Source of the DNA: an uncultured archaeon
GTDB taxonomy: Archaea; Asgardarchaeota; Lokiarchaeia; Sigyniarchaeales; SOKP01
Length of the DNA: 11,295 nt
Reading direction: 5' to 3'
Assembly: GCA_964447495.1 (NCBI GenBank)
Contig: CAYUTF010000016.1
Span: forward strand, 1-11,295
In this document: positions 6,602 to 11,295 of the stretch, piece by piece
Position numbering within the stretch: the first letter of the stretch is position 1
Layout: each line of letters starts with the position of its first letter
Notes under the pieces: model-generated
Database searches by the model: none
What the model was told of the DNA's origin: nothing
Seen by the model: the letters and a program-made list of their open reading frames with translations, nothing else
Program-made: the position numbers and the translations under genes

Positions 6602-8815
6602 TTAACTCCAAATTCCATCAAACTTACCCGTAAGTTGAGTTTTTCGATATCTCACAAGAATCCTTTCCAGTACTCTGTAAATATCATCTTCAGCCGTTTC
6701 CATATCTATAGAATTCATCCAATGACCAATACAAGCATCAGGCTTATTGAATCCCATTCCATCCCTCAGAAAAGCCCCATCGCAAACACTACACAGATGG
6801 CCTAGAGCGCCCCTCAGTAGGCTCTTCCTTTCCTCGGTTAGTTCAGGTTCTGGCACATGAGAAACCCGCTCAGATTCCCGCTCAGCCACTCTCCTGATTT
6901 TCTGAGAGTAATACTCTCGATTGGCTTCATACTCAGCTTTACGAATCCTTTCCGAGAGCTCTTCATCACTCTCCTCTTTGATGTCTACAAAATCAGACTT
7001 TTTACTAGAAACTTTTTGGCCACCCTTGAAAACATAATCATTATCAAGAGCCATATAGGCAAGTTTGACTTTGTACTCTATAATATTTTGAATGTGAATA
7101 TCAAGAGGATGAGAAGAGACCAGCCTTTTGATAGTCACATTGTTACTCTTTTGACCTATCCTGCAAATTCTGTCCTCTGCCTGAATATTCCAAGAGGGTG
7201 TCCAGTCAAGGTCAACAAAAATCGCATTAGAAGCCCTTGTCAAAGTAAGACCAACACCCCCAGCCTTGATTGTCAGACCAACACCCTTCAATTCGCCAGC
7301 TTGAAACCGCCTTACAACATCCTGTCTATCCTCTGAAGACGTATCTCCGGTTATTACGTCCCATCCATCACGATTAGCCAACTCATCTATAGGGGCTCTA
7401 TGAGCAGAAAAAACAACAACTGGCGTATCAGTTTCCTCATGCTCTTCAACCAAATTAAGCATTGCTGGAATTTTAGACTTAGCCAGTAAAGCCCTTACTC
7501 GAGAAAAAGCATTAAAATCAGGAAGTGTATCAAGGTCAAGCATCGAAAAATCATCTGCATCAAAATTGATTCCTTGAGCATCAGCAATTTCTTGAGCAAG
7601 CTCTTTCAATTCCTTATTGAGAGACCTACTGGAACAATCAACCTCAATTCTCTGATATGTTTTAGGAGGTAGATCCTTAAGAACATCTTTTTTGAGTCTA
7701 CGAATCATGACTTTCTTCATCCGCTCAACAACTTCCTGAGTAGGAAGTCCAAACTCATACCCACCGTACTTACTACATGAACCATTGAAAAGATTAACAA
7801 ACTTGTTAAATCCACCCAAGGGATACATTCCAAACGCACACAAAACACCCCACAGGTCGAATGGTCGATTCATCAGAGGAGTACCAGTCAAAACCCAAAC
7901 CTTGGCAACATTTTTCGACAATTGTGTAACTTTCTGTGTCCTTTGGGCTTTGTAATTTTTTGCAAGATGACCTTCATCAAAAATAACAATCGTTTCACTT
8001 AAACCAGCACGTTTGTCTTCTGGAATGTCAGCAACCAAAATTGGTTCACCCTTTCTGTTTATTTTTCCACTATCCATGGAAGGCATCAACCATTTTGGAA
8101 GAATATCATAATTGACAATTACTATTTCCCCCTCTTTAGGAACTATATTGTCGTCTTTTTTACCCTTGACTATCCTAATAGAATAATCTGGTCTCCAAAG
8201 CTGAATTTCATCTCTCCAATTATATTTAACAGCAGAAGGGCAAGTAACTAAAACTCTTGATTTTTCAGGAATAGCAACAAGAGCCTGAACGGTTTTCCCG
8301 AGCCCCATATCATCAGCCATCAAAGCATGATTATGGAGAGCAAGAAATCTAACTCCATCACGCTGAAAATCATAAAGAGGACTTCCGTCAACCCTGACAC
8401 GTTCAGCTCGTTTTTCAGCCTCTTGACTATCTACAGTACCGACTGAAGCACGATTCCTTATACTATCAGGAACATCGAGTTTTAATTGGTCAGCAATCTC
8501 GATAACTCTGTCCAAATCCTCAGTCTTGACACTCACTATCCAGTGCTTTTCGTCTGGATTCCATCGAGCCCCAGGCATAGACCTGAGCAACGTAATAGCA
8601 TTTTTGTCATACCCCATGATGACCTTGCCATCCTCGGTCAATTTACGGACATTATCTCTATTCTGGTCCATACTTACGCCAAGTTTTCGATGACAAGCTG
8701 TTGATTTGCAAACTGTATGCCAAGTACCATTTTTAACAAAGGCAAACCCGTCACCCACGCCAACTTGCTCTCCACAACATTCACAACGTTTCGAAAATTT
8801 ATTTTTTATAACCAT
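6602..8815 (-). CDS. SNF2-family helicase/translocase, SMARCAL1/HARP-like
   Basis: Motif I ADDMGLGKT, motif II DEGH, motif III LTGTP, RRLKKDVLKDLPPK, AGGVGLTLTRA, motif VI QAEDRICRIGQ; HARP-like YD...LRSMPGARWNPDEKHW; N-terminal CxxC...C....C. Confidence 0.92.
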   Translation of the reverse strand: MVIKNKFSKRCECCGEQVGVGDGFAFVKNGTWHTVCKSTACHRKLGVSMDQNRDNVRKLTEDGKVIMGYDKNAITLLRSMPGARWNPDEKHWIVSVKTEDLDRVIEIADQLKLDVPDSIRNRASVGTVDSQEAEKRAERVRVDGSPLYDFQRDGVRFLALHNHALMADDMGLGKTVQALVAIPEKSRVLVTCPSAVKYNWRDEIQLWRPDYSIRIVKGKKDDNIVPKEGEIVIVNYDILPKWLMPSMDSGKINRKGEPILVADIPEDKRAGLSETIVIFDEGHLAKNYKAQRTQKVTQLSKNVAKVWVLTGTPLMNRPFDLWGVLCAFGMYPLGGFNKFVNLFNGSCSKYGGYEFGLPTQEVVERMKKVMIRRLKKDVLKDLPPKTYQRIEVDCSSRSLNKELKELAQEIADAQGINFDADDFSMLDLDTLPDFNAFSRVRALLAKSKIPAMLNLVEEHEETDTPVVVFSAHRAPIDELANRDGWDVITGDTSSEDRQDVVRRFQAGELKGVGLTIKAGGVGLTLTRASNAIFVDLDWTPSWNIQAEDRICRIGQKSNNVTIKRLVSSHPLDIHIQNIIEYKVKLAYMALDNDYVFKGGQKVSSKKSDFVDIKEESDEELSERIRKAEYEANREYYSQKIRRVAERESERVSHVPEPELTEERKSLLRGALGHLCSVCDGAFLRDGMGFNKPDACIGHWMNSIDMETAEDDIYRVLERILVRYRKTQLTGKFDGIWS

Positions 8816-8864
8816 AATTGTCTCCCACGTATCATCCTCAACATCTTGTTGAATATCTATACTG

Positions 8865-8893
8865 ATTTTAAAACCTTAAAAATGGTTTGTCAA
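8865..8893 (-). promoter_or_regulatory. Near-consensus sigma70 promoter TTGACA-17 bp-TAAAAT for the helicase operon
   Basis: -35 at 8888-8893, -10 at 8865-8870, leader hairpin 8838-8852, GGGAG SD. Confidence 0.75.
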
Positions 8894-9064
8894 CATACTA
8901 TTGAGCTTTTTTTGACAATAATTTGATTTTTTTCCAAAAAGAAACTCTATAGACTTGTCTATCTCTTCAGCCTCAGAAATGGCTAAATTCTTGCACTGCT
9001 CTGAACAAAAAAATCCTTCTGAAATCTTTTCTCCACAAAATATGCATTCATACTTTTTTTCCAT
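8876..9064 (-). CDS. Small zinc-ribbon protein (DUF2116/TRASH-like)
   Basis: CIFCGEKISEGFFCSEQC. Confidence 0.65.
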   Translation of the reverse strand: MEKKYECIFCGEKISEGFFCSEQCKNLAISEAEEIDKSIEFLFGKKSNYCQKKLNSMLTNHF

Positions 9065-9065
9065 A

Positions 9066-9266
9066 TTAGTTATTGTCTTTCTCTAGTTCTTCCTTACAGA
9101 GTGGACAATAATCCCACTCTCCATCACATTTCCATCCATTTTTTTTAGCAAATGACCTCGCCCCCCTAACATCAGAATACGGTGTCGAAATACAAGCACA
9201 ACACTGATTCTCTTCTTCGCCAATAAAATTGTCACAATATATCGTAACGCCTTTTTGATAACTCAT
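9066..9266 (-). CDS. Small zinc-binding phage protein
   Basis: YCD...CC...AKKNGW....DYCPLC; AAAGGA SD inside the 49-bp repeat. Confidence 0.7.
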   Translation of the reverse strand: MSYQKGVTIYCDNFIGEEENQCCACISTPYSDVRGARSFAKKNGWKCDGEWDYCPLCKEELEKDNN

Positions 9267-9271
9267 AATTT

Positions 9272-9320
9272 ATCCTTTCGTCTGCAACTGCCAACAATAG
9301 GTTGCATTACGCGTGCCAAC
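9272..9320 (-). promoter_or_regulatory. 49-bp direct repeat copy A: sigma54-type -24/-12 promoter, leader and SD
   Basis: TTGGCACGCGTAATGCA (GG-N10-GC) at 9303-9319; 47 of 49 identical to 9886-9934. Confidence 0.7.
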
Positions 9321-9346
9321 CCGCCCGCCACAGAGTGACGAGCGGG
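9320..9346 (-). terminator. GC-rich RNA hairpin after the pentapeptide gene, without a U-tract
   Basis: CCCGCUCGUCAC-UCU-GUGGCGGGCGGG; 12-bp stem whose two mismatches become G-U pairs only on the minus strand. Confidence 0.45.
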
Positions 9347-9362
9347 GGGGGGTCGGTTCTAC

Positions 9363-9878
9363 CTATTCAAGGTAAGCCCCTTCAAGGTAAGCCCCTTCGA
9401 GGTTATCCCCTTCGAGGTTGACCCCTCTTAGGATGGCCCCTTCGAAGTTGGCCCCTTCGAGGTTAGCCCCTTCGAGGTTAGCCCCTTCGAGGTTAGCCCA
9501 TTCCAGTTTGGCCCCTTCGAAGTTGGCCCCTTTGAGATTGGCTCCTTCGAGGTAAGCCCATTCCAGTTTGGCCCCTTCGAGGTTGGCCCCTTCGAGGTTG
9601 ACCCCTCTTAGGATGGCACTTTTGAGATTGGCCCCTTTGAAGTTGGCCCCTTCGAGGTTAGCCCCTTCAAGATCTGCCCTTTCAAGATCTGCCCATTCGA
9701 GGTTGGCCCCTTTGAGATTTGCCCCTTCGAGGAAGGCATCTTTAAAGTTGGCCAATTTTAGGTTGGCCCCTTCGAAATTGGCTCCTTCGAGATTGGCCTC
9801 TTCGAAGTTGGCGCATTCCAGTTTGGCCCCTTCCAAGATGGCCCCTCGCAAATTTCTTCCACTTAAATCAATTTTCAT
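9363..9878 (-). CDS. Pentapeptide repeat protein (paralog 2; start 9878 preferred over 9911)
   Basis: ANLEG repeats; N-terminus MKIDLSGRNLRGAILEG matches paralog 1; AAAGGA SD 8 nt upstream. Confidence 0.92.
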   Translation of the reverse strand: MKIDLSGRNLRGAILEGAKLECANFEEANLEGANFEGANLKLANFKDAFLEGANLKGANLEWADLERADLEGANLEGANFKGANLKSAILRGVNLEGANLEGAKLEWAYLEGANLKGANFEGAKLEWANLEGANLEGANLEGANFEGAILRGVNLEGDNLEGAYLEGAYLE

Positions 9879-9885
9879 CTTTCTC

Positions 9886-9934
9886 ATCCTTTCGTCAGCA
9901 ACTGCCAACAATAGGTTGCATTACGCATGCCAAC
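9886..9934 (-). promoter_or_regulatory. 49-bp direct repeat copy B: sigma54-type promoter, leader and SD
   Basis: TTGGCATGCGTAATGCA (GG-N10-GC) at 9917-9933. Confidence 0.7.
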
Positions 9935-9999
9935 TTTCAAAACGCGAAATTATTAGTTTTTTTGCTGTATACTTTTTTCAGAATGAATACTTTTTGCGT

Positions 10000-10055
10000 G
10001 AAAAAATTGCGTACCTTAAAAAACCCAATGATTTCAAATAGAAAAAATTGCGTAC
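10000..10055. repeat. 15-bp direct repeat GAAAAAATTGCGTAC, two copies 41 bp apart
   Basis: Exact copies at 10000-10014 and 10041-10055, intergenic. Confidence 0.8.
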
Positions 10056-10087
10056 TTTATTTACCTTTTTTCATACAAAAAAGAAGA

Positions 10088-10597
10088 TTAGAGGATTTCA
10101 CCGTAGACATAAATATCAGCAACTGCTGTAGTAGCAGTGCTTTCAGCAGTAGTAACCTTTACATAAATTGTAGAATTAGCAGTAATTGCAACTTTTGCTC
10201 CAGTGAAAGAAATCATAAACGTACCTCCTACTGTAGTTAGACCAGTAAGGGCAGTAGCACCAATTACTTGAACACCTGCAGATGCTGTTCCTATTGAAAT
10301 TTGTGCTGGTGTAGCAGGTGCAGACCCAGTAGTTGATTTAAGCTTAACTATAGCAAACGCTGGAACCCAATAATCAGATACAGACCCACCCAAAGCAGCT
10401 GATTTCTCATCCTTACCAACTAACACAAGGTCTAAATCTTCAACAACAGTCCGTAGTCTACAACCTATTGTTGTCTGTACACCGTCCAACGCATCATCCA
10501 CATACTTCCCTGGATAGGTGGAATCATTCATTACTTGAGAAGCATAAGGGGTAGCTTTCTCGACTCTTAATTCTTTTCCTGTCGGCACTTCTGACAT
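10088..10597 (-). CDS. Probable virion structural protein (capsid decoration/fibre-like)
   Basis: Ala/Thr/Val/Gly-rich beta-type sequence; strong AAGGAGG SD; product inferred from composition only. Confidence 0.5.
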   Translation of the reverse strand: MSEVPTGKELRVEKATPYASQVMNDSTYPGKYVDDALDGVQTTIGCRLRTVVEDLDLVLVGKDEKSAALGGSVSDYWVPAFAIVKLKSTTGSAPATPAQISIGTASAGVQVIGATALTGLTTVGGTFMISFTGAKVAITANSTIYVKVTTAESTATTAVADIYVYGEIL

Positions 10598-10646
10598 TTT
10601 GTCCTCCTTTTAGCAATTGTATATTAAATTGCTTTGTTTTTTTATT

Positions 10647-11174
10647 TTATTTTATTTCAAATGCTGTACTTTTAATATCACTCGAAATTTTCTTAAATTT
10701 ATTCTTATCCTTACCAGATGACAACAAAATACTTAACTCATCACTTATATAAGATGTTTTTATCAATAATCCATAAATAAGTTTTTTCAAATCTTCACTA
10801 TTAAACTCACTCATTGAAGCGTATTTGTTCAATAACTTTTCAATATCTTTTATGGCTCCTTTTACCATATTAACTGAATATTTATCTTTGCTTTCCTCGA
10901 TTCGCTCTAAAATATCACTCATTCTTGGTGCTGAATCTTCATACATCTTGCTCAATTTTTTCTTTGCAGACTCAAGCTTACTTCTGTCTTCATCACTTAA
11001 ATTTTTACCAGCTCTATTGATATAAAAATTCAATCTACCCATAGCTGTTTGTAAATCATCCGATGCTGCTTTTAATCCAGAAGCAATTTTTTCTGCACTT
11101 TGCTCAAAAAACCCTTCTGGTGGTTCCCATTTTATGGGAACATCGGCAGACCATTTTTTTTCAAATATATCCAT
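10647..11174 (-). CDS. DUF3175-like protein with C-terminal extension
   Basis: KKWS...EGFF...KIASGL...AMGRLNFYINRAGKNLS...LESAKKKL matches the DUF3175 signature FYINRAGKNL. Confidence 0.75.
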   Translation of the reverse strand: MDIFEKKWSADVPIKWEPPEGFFEQSAEKIASGLKAASDDLQTAMGRLNFYINRAGKNLSDEDRSKLESAKKKLSKMYEDSAPRMSDILERIEESKDKYSVNMVKGAIKDIEKLLNKYASMSEFNSEDLKKLIYGLLIKTSYISDELSILLSSGKDKNKFKKISSDIKSTAFEIK

Positions 11175-11196
11175 TGCTTCCTCTCTTAATATTCAA

Positions 11197-11212
11197 TGTT
11201 TCACGTGAAACA
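11197..11212. promoter_or_regulatory. parS: Chromosomal-type centromere site parS
   Basis: TGTTTCACGTGAAACA, exact match to the bacterial ParB/Spo0J consensus, intergenic. Confidence 0.85.
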
Positions 11213-11213
11213 C

Positions 11214-11258
11214 TTATTTCTTTTTCTTTCCGCCCTTGCCTTTTTTCTTGCATCCCAT
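11214..11258 (-). CDS. 14-aa basic micropeptide MGCKKKGKGGKKKK
   Basis: AAGGAGGA SD at 11267-11274, 8 nt before the ATG; TAA at 11214-11216. Confidence 0.55.
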   Translation of the reverse strand: MGCKKKGKGGKKKK

Positions 11259-11277
11259 TTTTAATATCCTCCTTGGT

Positions 11278-11293
11278 ACGAACTCGAGTTCGT
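11278..11293. repeat. Perfect 16-bp palindrome ACGAACTCGAGTTCGT, copy 3 of 3
   Basis: Directly upstream of the SD, at the window end. Confidence 0.9.
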
Positions 11294-11295
11294 TT

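Noticed and set aside
6176-9878. Pentapeptide paralogs as a diversity-generating retroelement TR/VR pair
   Set aside because: No reverse transcriptase in the window, both copies are intact genes, and differences are not confined to adenines
9272-9934. 49-bp repeats as a CRISPR array or att sites
   Set aside because: Only two copies, separated by a whole gene; they contain promoter and SD elements; no cas or integrase gene in the window
9568-10041. Plus-strand LAPSR-repeat ORF
   Set aside because: Antisense shadow of pentapeptide paralog 2
457-11025. Other short plus-strand ORFs in the track (457, 839, 2052, 2074, 2439, 6857, 8486, 8717, 9962, 10825)
   Set aside because: They overlap better-supported minus-strand genes and show no recognisable motifs
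1-11295. Stop-codon reassignment as seen in some large phages
   Set aside because: Long genes are uninterrupted in the standard code, and TAA, TAG and TGA all end tightly packed genes

Overview
AT-rich, gene-dense window with every credible gene on the minus strand. It looks like the early/accessory region of a large bacteriophage or prophage, with a probable structural gene at the right end. Recognisable products are a Bro-N/KilA-C antirepressor, a SMARCAL1/HARP-like SNF2 helicase flanked by two paralogous pentapeptide-repeat proteins, a lipoprotein with Asp-X repeats, a DUF3175-like protein, a truncated DUF1778 (TacA-type) antitoxin-like peptide and many small Cys-rich or unknown ORFs. The non-coding signals are the most unusual part. 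They include a perfect chromosomal parS site, a perfect 14-18 bp palindrome (CGAACTCGAGTTCG) repeated three times about 5.5 kb apart, and GC-rich palindromes inside and upstream of the Bro-N gene, one of which spells a Bro-N motif. There are also duplicated sigma54-type promoter cassettes around one pentapeptide gene and a family of sigma70-type promoters with related leader hairpins. All family assignments come from motif recognition by eye; no searches were run.
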